Positions 9,219-17,475 of a stretch of DNA of 59,013 bases are shown piece by piece. Source of the stretch: Candidatus Fermentibacteraceae bacterium (GTDB taxonomy: Bacteria; Fermentibacterota; Fermentibacteria; Fermentibacterales; JCC-6); assembly GCA_046485185.1 (NCBI GenBank), contig JAWOHL010000045.1, forward strand, positions 1 through 59,013, read 5' to 3'. The notes under the pieces are model-generated. The model saw nothing but the letters and a program-made list of their open reading frames with translations, ran no database searches and was not told where the DNA came from. Each line of letters begins with the position of its first letter. The first letter of the stretch is position 1. Both the position numbers and the translations under genes were made by a program.

Positions 9219-10230
9219 CGGCAAAGTTGCCATTTACGCTGCGGGAGCAGGAAACCGCGGCGGAACCGGAGTTTACATTCAACGGCTTCTGGCCGGGCTT
9301 GCCGGGGCCGGACTGGACTGGGTGCTTCCCCTTGGGGGAGAGTGTCGCGGAACACTCTCAAGGGTGCTGAGCGACTACATTTCCGTTCCCTTGTCCGCCA
9401 GGGGCTTCAGTGTTGTCCACCTCCCTTCGTTCGCCGGTTCGGTGCCTCCAGGTGTTAAAACCGTGGTAACCGTTCATGATCTGGCGTTCCTTGCCAATCC
9501 GGGATGGTTTCCGTTTCTGAAACGCCATTACTACAGGCTTCTTTTCCCCCGGATAGCCAGGGGCGCCTGCAGGATAATAGCGGACAGCAGCTTCACGGCC
9601 GGGGAGGTGGTGAGGTTGCTCGCGATCCCGGAAGACCGTGTCAGAACGGTTTACCTGTCCCATGGCAGCCCCCGCAGTGATGAACTCGCTGATTTCCGTG
9701 GAGCCCGGGGGCTGGTTGGCGACTACGCGGTCTGCGCCTGCACCCTCGAACCCAGGAAGAACATTGCGGCCCTGCTGGAAGCATGGAGGCTCCTGCAAAG
9801 AACAAGACCGGGTTCCACCCTCGTCATCGTGGGACGATGGGGATGGGGAAAGCGTGAACTCAGGGATGCCTTGGGAAACTCACCGGGCGTCATCTGGACC
9901 GGCCCCCTTTCAAGGCGGATGCTGAATTCAGCGGTGGCCCAGGCGAAATTCCTTGTCTACCCCTCCGTCTACGAGGGCTTTGGCCTTCCTCCGCTCGAGG
10001 CCGCCGCCCTCGGAGTGCCCTCGGTGCTCGGGCCTGCCCTTTCACTGAGAGAGGTATACGGTTCCGTTGCAAGGTTCTCTGATGGCGACCCCTCTTCCCT
10101 CGCACGCGCAATGCTTGAGGAATTCGATTCAAGCCGTTCTTCAGAGGATCTCATGGATTTCGCGGCATCGTTCTCCGAACTGAAAATGGCCCGGGACACG
10201 GCCGAAGTCTACCGGGAGTGCCTTCAATGA
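9196..10230 (+). CDS. GT4 family glycosyltransferase
   Basis: TVHDLAF, EPRKN, YPSVYEGFGLPPLEA; start uncertain. Confidence 0.9.
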   Translation: MTAHLKYDGKVAIYAAGAGNRGGTGVYIQRLLAGLAGAGLDWVLPLGGECRGTLSRVLSDYISVPLSARGFSVVHLPSFAGSVPPGVKTVVTVHDLAFLANPGWFPFLKRHYYRLLFPRIARGACRIIADSSFTAGEVVRLLAIPEDRVRTVYLSHGSPRSDELADFRGARGLVGDYAVCACTLEPRKNIAALLEAWRLLQRTRPGSTLVIVGRWGWGKRELRDALGNSPGVIWTGPLSRRMLNSAVAQAKFLVYPSVYEGFGLPPLEAAALGVPSVLGPALSLREVYGSVARFSDGDPSSLARAMLEEFDSSRSSEDLMDFAASFSELKMARDTAEVYRECLQ

Positions 10231-11312
10231 GGATACTCCAGGTCTACAAAGATGTTTTCCCATTCACCAACGGAGGCATTGAGAGGTACATCCATGACCT
10301 CTCGAGTTTCCTTGCACAGAGGGGACACGAGGTTGCCGTGCTCACGGCCGGGTCGGGGTTAAGGCAGAAGTCAGCGTCCGTCTCTGGCTTCACTGTCATC
10401 GAGCTTCCCGCCCTCGGAAGAGTTCTTTCGAACCCTATCTCCCTTTCGTACGGAAGGGCCATGAGGCGGTGGAGGCCCGATGTTGCGCACTTTCATCTTC
10501 CCCTCCCCACGGCCGAGGTGGCCAGACTGATGGATCCCGGTGAAACTCCATTCATCGCCACTTATCACAGCGACATCGTGAGGCAGGCATTTCTGCTTCC
10601 CCTGTACGGACCGCTGCTCAAAAAATTCCTCAAAAGGGCCTTTCTTGTTCTGGCCACCAGCGGTCGCTACGCCCGGACGTCGCCCTATCTTAAAGGGCTC
10701 GACAACCTCAGGGTCGTTCCCATAGGGGTGGACTTGTCCCATTTCGCCCCCGGAAGCGAAGGGCGCGCGGACCACTTCCTCTTCGTAGGAAGGTTCAGGT
10801 CCTACAAGGGGATCCAGATACTTCTCGACGCATGGAAAGCGATGGCAAGCCCGCCGCCCCTGGTCCTGGCGGGCGGGGGTCCCATGGAGGGATGGATCAG
10901 GGAGAGGATCACGGCATTGCCGGTACGGATCATCCTAAACCCCACTGATGATGAACTCCTGGCGCTCTACAGAACGGCGGCAGCCCTTGTCCTGCCGTCT
11001 GACAGGAGAAGTGAGGCTTACGGAATGGTTCAACTCGAGGCCATGGCCTGTGGAACCCCCGTGATATCCACCAACCTTCCAACTGGTGTACCCTGGGTGA
11101 ACCGCCACATGAAGACCGGTCTGGTGGTGCCTCCTGGGAACGCCACGGCCCTGGCCGAAGCGGTTGCCCGCATCAGGGACGATGGCCCGCTGAGTCAGGA
11201 GCTTTCCAGGGGCGCTCTGGAAAGGGCGCAGCGAACATTCGACAGCAAAAGGCTGTTCCAGGAGGTGGAGAGTTGTCTGACCGAGGCGGCATCCCGCTCA
11301 CCGCGGCGCTGA
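10227..11312 (+). CDS. GT4 family glycosyltransferase
   Basis: GGIERY, TYHSDIVRQ, FVGRF..YKG, RSEAYGMVQLEAMACGTP. Confidence 0.92.
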   Translation: MRILQVYKDVFPFTNGGIERYIHDLSSFLAQRGHEVAVLTAGSGLRQKSASVSGFTVIELPALGRVLSNPISLSYGRAMRRWRPDVAHFHLPLPTAEVARLMDPGETPFIATYHSDIVRQAFLLPLYGPLLKKFLKRAFLVLATSGRYARTSPYLKGLDNLRVVPIGVDLSHFAPGSEGRADHFLFVGRFRSYKGIQILLDAWKAMASPPPLVLAGGGPMEGWIRERITALPVRIILNPTDDELLALYRTAAALVLPSDRRSEAYGMVQLEAMACGTPVISTNLPTGVPWVNRHMKTGLVVPPGNATALAEAVARIRDDGPLSQELSRGALERAQRTFDSKRLFQEVESCLTEAASRSPRR

Positions 11313-11785
11313 TAATGCTCGCGGTGAGCCTTGGTGTCGTCGATGCGATGATTCCGCGCCCCGTGCCGTTCATGAAACTGGGTCTTGCAAACCTTCCGGC
11401 GGTGATATGCTCCGTGCGCCTGGGCTTTCGCCGCACGATGGCACTCAACACCACCAGAGCCCTCGCAGTTGCTCTTTTAACGGGAAGCCTCGCCACTCCG
11501 ACATTCCTTCTATCACTTGCGGGAGCGGTGGCTTCAGCGCTTGTGATGAGTGCCGTTTCACGGGGGTATCCATGGTTTCTCTCCCTGACCGGCGTCTCGA
11601 TCTGCGGGGCGTGCGCGTCGGTGTGGAGCCAGTTGTGGGTAGCTTCCCTTGTACTCCCGGGTCTGCCGCTGCAGGCTCTTGTAATGCCGGTCACTCTCTG
11701 GGGAGTCGCGTCCGGAACCGTTGTGGGGTTGGCGGCGGGGCTTGTCGACGGACATCTGGCACGGCACGGCGTATTGTCGCGGTGA
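11273..11785 (+). CDS. Gx transporter family (heptaprenyl diphosphate synthase component I-like) membrane protein
   Basis: IPRPVPFMKLGLAN motif; highly hydrophobic; GVSICGA. Confidence 0.75.
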   Translation: MSDRGGIPLTAALIMLAVSLGVVDAMIPRPVPFMKLGLANLPAVICSVRLGFRRTMALNTTRALAVALLTGSLATPTFLLSLAGAVASALVMSAVSRGYPWFLSLTGVSICGACASVWSQLWVASLVLPGLPLQALVMPVTLWGVASGTVVGLAAGLVDGHLARHGVLSR

Positions 11786-11802
11786 GGCTTATCTTTTAGT
11801 AT
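11774..11802 (+). promoter_or_regulatory. Putative sigma70 promoter for the DUF4321-tatA-mglA unit
   Basis: TTGTCG - 17 nt - TAGTAT. Confidence 0.45.
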
Positions 11803-11828
11803 AGCGTGAAAAGAAAAAGGGGGACGCG

Positions 11829-12101
11829 TTGCTTCATGACAGACCCGCCGGATTCTGGGTGTTCCTCGCGGTGGCTGGCATGGTTTGCGGAACAGTTTTT
11901 GGAGAAGCCGTTTCTGCGCTGCTTCCTGACACATCCTACGCACTGCGGCAGTTTTTCTCCGGAAGTGCCGGAATTTCTCTGGGTCCCCTCGGTTTCGACC
12001 TTTTCATACTGAGTTTTCGCCTGGAAGAGATTGCGTTCAGGGTCAACATAATGACCTTTGCGGGTCTGCTGATTGTGGGCTTTCTGTACAGATGGTTCTG
12101 A
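11829..12101 (+). CDS. Small membrane protein, DUF4321-like
   Basis: N-terminal TM (G.V.G...GE), F..G....GP..FDL segment, C-terminal TM. Confidence 0.65.
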   Translation: MLHDRPAGFWVFLAVAGMVCGTVFGEAVSALLPDTSYALRQFFSGSAGISLGPLGFDLFILSFRLEEIAFRVNIMTFAGLLIVGFLYRWF

Positions 12102-12128
12102 CGGAAAACCTTCCGGTTTGGAGGTAAG

Positions 12129-12317
12129 ATGGGCCGGGTTGGACCTCTTGAACTTATACTGATACTGGTGGCGCTGCTGCTTCTTTTTGGCGCCAGAAGG
12201 ATTCCCGAGATCGCCAGGTCCCTGGGCAGGGCCATAAGCCAGTTCCGGCGGGGAATGCGTGATTCCATGTCGGACAACAACGAAAACAACAGTGATACGG
12301 AAGACCGGAACGAATAA
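12129..12317 (+). CDS. tatA: Twin-arginine translocase TatA/E
   Basis: GPLELILILVALLLLFGARRIPEIARSLGRAISQFR; GGAGG RBS. Confidence 0.95.
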   Translation: MGRVGPLELILILVALLLLFGARRIPEIARSLGRAISQFRRGMRDSMSDNNENNSDTEDRNE

Positions 12318-12919
12318 TGGCAACTGTCAGCTACACAGCCCGGGAAATTGACTGCAAGATAGTTTACTGCGGGCCTGGTCTTTCAGGGAAGACCACCAAC
12401 GTGAAGTACATTCACACGCAGGTATCCCCTGACTCCAGGGGAAAGCTGATTTCCCTCGCCGCGGGCAACGAGCGTACTCTGTTCTTCGATTTCCTTCCCA
12501 TCGACTCCGGGGAGATCAACGGTTTCAGAGTAAGGCTTCACCTTTACAGTGTTCCCGGGCAGGCCATGTACTCGGACAGCCGAAGGCTCATACTTCAGGG
12601 CGTTGACGGCATTGTCTTCGTCGCCGACTCCCAGGAGGGCAGGATGGAAGCCAATATTGCAAGCCTCAGGGACCTGAAGGAAAACCTCAGGGTCCAGCGA
12701 AGAAGGGGAGTCAGTCTGGTCCTTCAGTGCAACAAGAGGGATATGCCCGACGCTGTTCCCGTTTCACAGATCGTTTCCGAGCTGGGGCTTTCCAAGGTTA
12801 CGTGCCTTGAGGCTGTGGCAAGCACCGGCAAGGGTGTTTTCATCACCCTTCGTGCGGTGAGCAGGCTGGTCCTGACCAGGCTGCACCGCCAGTTCGAGAT
12901 ACTGGAGGGGAGGGCATAA
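12317..12919 (+). CDS. mglA: MglA-family small Ras-like GTPase (copy 1)
   Basis: REIDCKIVYCGPGLSGKTTN, ERTLFFDFLP, LYSVPGQ, GVDGIVFVADS, NKRD. Confidence 0.92.
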   Translation: MATVSYTAREIDCKIVYCGPGLSGKTTNVKYIHTQVSPDSRGKLISLAAGNERTLFFDFLPIDSGEINGFRVRLHLYSVPGQAMYSDSRRLILQGVDGIVFVADSQEGRMEANIASLRDLKENLRVQRRRGVSLVLQCNKRDMPDAVPVSQIVSELGLSKVTCLEAVASTGKGVFITLRAVSRLVLTRLHRQFEILEGRA

Positions 12920-14358
12920 TGAGCGATCCGCAGGTTGATCTGCTTCTTGTGAGACTTGGCGGAGACGAGGAGAAGAAGAAGGTTACGAGACTTCTCGTCA
13001 CCGAGCTTGACATGACCGTCTTAGAGGCGGAGAGGGCTGTCGAGAACTCTCCCGTTGTTCTCAGGGAATCTGTTCCCATCGGCGAGGCCAGGATCATCCA
13101 GAAAAACCTGTACCCGTACATCGACCTTCTTCCAAGGCTGGAGGATGAACAGGTGTCCACCCTGAAACAGAAGGTGCAGTTCGTCACCAGCCCCGTCGAT
13201 GACTTCGCGGTCGACGAAGACGCGCCGGAAGCCGGCGGCACTTCAGTGGACGACGAGGAATACTTCGGCGGTGAGGCCGGCGTGAAGCCCGCTCAGGCCG
13301 AAGAAGACGATGTTGATGATGATGACGACGAAGGAACCGGCGGCTTCCGTCTTACAACCGCCAGCGACGAGATGCTCGCCATCGAACGCTGCCACATCTG
13401 CGGAAAGACCCCGGTGGGAGGGGAGAGGCTCGCTCCCTGCAGGGCATGCGGAGACCTCACTTGCCGCGAATGCTTCGACAGGACCGCCCATGTCTGCCAC
13501 AAATGTGCCGCAGACGGCCATATCGTTGACAGACCCGTGGCGTCCAAAAGCCCCGGGAGCAGGAAGGGCTCCTCAGCCGTTAAGGAACCCGCAGAGACCA
13601 CCCATTCGCCCCGCGACACGACAGGCCTGCGGAAAGCCTTGCTGGCGGTGATGATCTGCGCGGTGCTGGCACTCTTGTATTTCGTTGACCCCCTCGACCT
13701 TTTCAAGACCGAACCGGAAAACGTTCCGCTCACCGGAACAGCTCCCGACACTTCCATTGTCGCGCCGCCCGACACCGCCGACAGCCAGACCACTTCCGAA
13801 TCACCCGACACTCTCGCGACGCTCGAAACCACGCCGGTTTCGGACCCTCTGGGCATACTGGCCCTGTCCCTGCCGGACTCCCTCATGACAGGCGCTTCCT
13901 CACAGGTGACCGAAGCCTACACCAGCGTCCCCCCGGGCAGCGGGGCCGAAAGCGCCACGGATGAGCTCAACGCGCTTCTTCCGCAACTCAAGGCCCTTGC
14001 GGGAAACACCGGCATCCTCCTCGACAGGGCTGCCCTGCTGATCTACGGCGACCGCACCAAGACCGACCATTTATCCGTCCTGGTCCTGGCGGTGAATCAC
14101 CCTGAAAACAACGAAACAAGGTTCGCCTTCATGGCCTCCGTCGCGGGATGGCTCGTCCCCGGCGGAATTGATCAAATGGTTCTCTGCTACCGTGAGACAC
14201 GGTTCCACGACCCCCAGCTCTTCAGCTACACCAGCCTTCACTTCCCCGAGCTGTCCGGGGCCTTCACCCCGGCGGAATTCAGGGACCTGGCCGGCACCCA
14301 CGACACGGTGTGGGGCAGCATTTCCGGCCCGGTGAAGGATTGGATCTGCGGGATGTAA
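12919..14358 (+). CDS. Bitopic membrane protein: L7/L12 C-terminal-like domain, acidic linker, 8-Cys zinc finger, TM helix, Pro/Ser/Thr-rich linker, periplasmic domain
   Basis: KKKVTRLLVTELDMTVLEAERAVENSPVVLRESV; EEDDVDDDDDE; CHIC-CRAC-CREC-CHKC; ALLAVMICAVLALLYFV; TAATG overlap with mglA. Confidence 0.8.
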   Translation: MSDPQVDLLLVRLGGDEEKKKVTRLLVTELDMTVLEAERAVENSPVVLRESVPIGEARIIQKNLYPYIDLLPRLEDEQVSTLKQKVQFVTSPVDDFAVDEDAPEAGGTSVDDEEYFGGEAGVKPAQAEEDDVDDDDDEGTGGFRLTTASDEMLAIERCHICGKTPVGGERLAPCRACGDLTCRECFDRTAHVCHKCAADGHIVDRPVASKSPGSRKGSSAVKEPAETTHSPRDTTGLRKALLAVMICAVLALLYFVDPLDLFKTEPENVPLTGTAPDTSIVAPPDTADSQTTSESPDTLATLETTPVSDPLGILALSLPDSLMTGASSQVTEAYTSVPPGSGAESATDELNALLPQLKALAGNTGILLDRAALLIYGDRTKTDHLSVLVLAVNHPENNETRFAFMASVAGWLVPGGIDQMVLCYRETRFHDPQLFSYTSLHFPELSGAFTPAEFRDLAGTHDTVWGSISGPVKDWICGM

Positions 14359-14404
14359 CTATCGGGGCCGCTTCTCAATCCAACATCGTCCGACTGGGGA
14401 AAAC

Positions 14405-16597
14405 ATGGGTTCCAGAAGAAAACTGCTCATAATCGAATCGCCCGCGAAGGCAAAGGCTCTTAAAAGCTATCTCGGTCGCGATTGGACCGTTACGGCTTCA
14501 ATGGGTCACGTGAGGGATCTTCCGCTCCACAGGATCGGCGTGACCGGCGAAGAGTTTCAACCCGCTTACACGATCCTCCCGGAGAAGAGAAAGACCCTCG
14601 CGAAGCTCAAAAAAGACGCAGAGGGGTTCGAAACCATCTTCCTTGCCGCAGACCCTGACCGCGAGGGTGAGGCCATCTGCTGGCACCTGGCGGAACTCCT
14701 CGCAGACGGAACCAGGGTTTTCAAAAGGCTCAGGTTCAACGCAGTGACCCGGGAGGCCGTGACAAAAGCGGCGGCGCACCCGGGCTGCATCGACATGAAC
14801 CTTGTGAACGCCCAGCAGGCAAGACGGGTAATGGATCGCCTGGTCGGCTACAGGATCAGCCCCTACCTCTGGAGAACCCTCGGAAAGGGGCTCAGTGCGG
14901 GAAGGGTGCAGACCGTTGCCCTCAGGCTCATCACGGACCGGGAAGCCGAGATCACGGCGTTTAAAAGCGCTGAGTACTGGCAGGTGACAGCGGACTTCAA
15001 ACAGGGGGATTCGCGGTTCACTGCCCTGCTTCACAGGATAGGCGGAAGAAGGGCCGACGGCGCACGTTTTGCGCCGGGAACCCGGGAGCAGGTCGAAGAG
15101 ATCACACCGGCCATCAGAACCCGGGACTGGGCCGTCATATCGGTTGACCGGGCAAAGAAGGTCAGAAAACCGTCACCACCGTTCATCACAAGCACGCTTC
15201 AGGCGGCGGGTGCAGGCATATCGATGAGCCCCGGGACCGTTATGAGACATGCGCAGCAGCTCTACGAAGGCGTTGAACTCGACGGTGAGTCCGTGGGGCT
15301 CATAACCTACATGCGTACTGATTCGGTCCGGATAAGCCCCGAGGCCGTTGACCAGTGCAGGGAAGCCGTCGTCGGCATCTTCGGTGACGGGCTTCTCAGC
15401 CCCTCACCCAGGCGGTTCAGGGCTTCGGGCGGCTCACAGGACGCCCACGAAGCCATACGCCCCACCGACATGAACAGAACCCCCGATTCCCTGGCGGGCA
15501 GGCTCGACCCCGGCCTCCTCAAGCTTTACACGATGATATGGAACCGTTTCGCCGCCACCCAGATGGCCGATGCCGAAATAGAGGAGACCTCCGTCACCTT
15601 TCAGGGCGGTGAATTCGTTTTTCTTGCCACGGGAGGCCGGCTGACCAAGCCCGGTTTCAGTGCGGCGGACCCGACCCAGATAAGGATCCCCAGACCCATA
15701 GCCGCCGCGGAGAAGGGAAGGGCCGACCTGCTCGACCTGAGGGCGGAACAGAAATTCACAGAACCACCGGCCCGTTTCGGTGAGGCATCGCTGGTCACTG
15801 AGATGAAGAAGCAGGGCATTGGAAGGCCATCGACTTATGTGGCCATCCTTTCCACGCTGAAGAAGAGGGGTTACATAGACCTGAGGGAAAAAAAGCTGCA
15901 TCCCACGGATCTGGGCGTTCGAACCGTGGAACTGCTTGTGGGGCTGTTTCCCCACCTGTTCGAGGTGGGTTTCACCGCAGGCATGGAGCAAACCCTCGAC
16001 ATGGTCGCTGCGGGAGAGATGGATTACGTCTCGGCGGTGAAAGGTCTTGCGGTTCCGCTGGAAACGTCGCTCACACACGCCATGACAAAACTTCCCGAGG
16101 TGCGGCGCGAGCTGACCTCCCAGACCGATCAGACCTGCCCCCAGTGCGGAAAGCCCCTTTTGGACAAATGGGGCAGATTCGGAAGGTTCCTGGCGTGTTC
16201 CGGATACCCGAACTGCCGCTATACGAGACCCGTCGAAGAAGAAGGGACGCAGGGAAACACCGCCGCGCCGGTCCGGGAGTGTCCCGACTGCGGTTCCCCC
16301 ATGACAGTCAGGAGCGGGAAGTTCGGAGCTTACCTGTCATGTTCGAGCGCATCATGCGACAGGAAGTCACCCATGCCCACAGGGGTCCACTGCCCGCTTG
16401 ACGGCTGTTCGGGTGAACTCGTGACAAGACGCTCCCAGAAGGGGCGGACCTTTTACTCCTGCAGCAGATACCCCGATTGCGATTTCGCGATGTGGAACCC
16501 CCCCATGGACACCCCCTGCCCCAGGTGCGGGTTCCCGATTCAGGAGAAGAAGGCGAAAGGCGTTTACTGCCCGAGATGCAAGAAAAAAACCGATTGA
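14405..16597 (+). CDS. topA: DNA topoisomerase I with C-terminal zinc ribbons
   Basis: IESPAKA, DPDREGEAI, SAGRVQT, LITYMRTDS, QDAHEAIRPT, GIGRPST, several CxxC ribbons. Confidence 0.98.
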   Translation: MGSRRKLLIIESPAKAKALKSYLGRDWTVTASMGHVRDLPLHRIGVTGEEFQPAYTILPEKRKTLAKLKKDAEGFETIFLAADPDREGEAICWHLAELLADGTRVFKRLRFNAVTREAVTKAAAHPGCIDMNLVNAQQARRVMDRLVGYRISPYLWRTLGKGLSAGRVQTVALRLITDREAEITAFKSAEYWQVTADFKQGDSRFTALLHRIGGRRADGARFAPGTREQVEEITPAIRTRDWAVISVDRAKKVRKPSPPFITSTLQAAGAGISMSPGTVMRHAQQLYEGVELDGESVGLITYMRTDSVRISPEAVDQCREAVVGIFGDGLLSPSPRRFRASGGSQDAHEAIRPTDMNRTPDSLAGRLDPGLLKLYTMIWNRFAATQMADAEIEETSVTFQGGEFVFLATGGRLTKPGFSAADPTQIRIPRPIAAAEKGRADLLDLRAEQKFTEPPARFGEASLVTEMKKQGIGRPSTYVAILSTLKKRGYIDLREKKLHPTDLGVRTVELLVGLFPHLFEVGFTAGMEQTLDMVAAGEMDYVSAVKGLAVPLETSLTHAMTKLPEVRRELTSQTDQTCPQCGKPLLDKWGRFGRFLACSGYPNCRYTRPVEEEGTQGNTAAPVRECPDCGSPMTVRSGKFGAYLSCSSASCDRKSPMPTGVHCPLDGCSGELVTRRSQKGRTFYSCSRYPDCDFAMWNPPMDTPCPRCGFPIQEKKAKGVYCPRCKKKTD

Positions 16598-17475
16598 TGA
16601 TCGAAGAGTATTCACGGGAGCTCAGGTTCGGCAGGAACCTCTCACCCGAAACGGTAAGGGCGTACGCCGGGGATATGGGCAGGCTTGCGGAGTGGTTCGA
16701 CGGCGCTCTTTCCGAGGCGACCCGAGAGGTCCTGAGAGGGTTTTTGATGCACGAGACCGCAAGGGGGCTCGACTCCCGAAGCCTTTCCCGGCTGGTGAGC
16801 GCCATGCACTCATTCGGCTCCTGGCTTTCGGAGACAGGCAGGGCCGGCGCCGACCCCTCCATCGGAATCAGACCACCGGCAAAATCCCGGAAGCTTCCCG
16901 GTTTTCTTTCGGTCAGGGAAGTCCTGGCGGTTCTGGACGTGTTTGACGGCAAAACCCCTGTCGCGGCGCGAAACAGGGCTTTGCTCGAAATACTTTACGG
17001 CTGCGGGCTCAGGGCCTCCGAGGCCGCCGGCCTCACCGTTACAGCACTCAGCCCCGCAGAGCGGACCCTCAGGGTCACCGGAAAGGGCGGCAGGACCAGG
17101 ATATCGCCGCTGCCAAGCGGAACGGCGGTTCACCTTGAAAACTGGCTTTCACAGAGACACCTGCTTCTGGGAAGCCGTCAGGACACCGGACACGTCTTTC
17201 TGAGCGTGAGGGGCAGGAAGCTTGACCCCCGTGACATCAGGCGTATTGTTGCGGCAGCGGTTGACGGGGCTGCGCTTTCAGCGGGTGTTTCCCCGCACAC
17301 TTTCAGGCACAGTTTCGCAACCCATCTCCTTGAGAGGGGCGCCGGCCTCAGGGAGGTTCAGGAGCTTCTTGGTCATGCCGGCCTTGGCACAACACAGATA
17401 TACACCCATCTCACCGGGGAGAGGCTGCGGAAGTCATACCAAAACGCCCACCCGAGGGGGAGGAGCGCCCATTGA
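16597..17475 (+). CDS. xerC: Tyrosine recombinase XerC
   Basis: RNRALLEILYGCGLRASE, GKGG, SPHTFRHSFATHLL, LLGHA..TTQIYTH; topA-xerC-hslVU context. Confidence 0.9.
   Translation: MIEEYSRELRFGRNLSPETVRAYAGDMGRLAEWFDGALSEATREVLRGFLMHETARGLDSRSLSRLVSAMHSFGSWLSETGRAGADPSIGIRPPAKSRKLPGFLSVREVLAVLDVFDGKTPVAARNRALLEILYGCGLRASEAAGLTVTALSPAERTLRVTGKGGRTRISPLPSGTAVHLENWLSQRHLLLGSRQDTGHVFLSVRGRKLDPRDIRRIVAAAVDGAALSAGVSPHTFRHSFATHLLERGAGLREVQELLGHAGLGTTQIYTHLTGERLRKSYQNAHPRGRSAH

Noticed and set aside
16597-17475. Tyrosine recombinase as a phage or island integrase
   Set aside because: XerC-like size and motifs, canonical topA/hslVU context, no att repeats or mobile cargo seen
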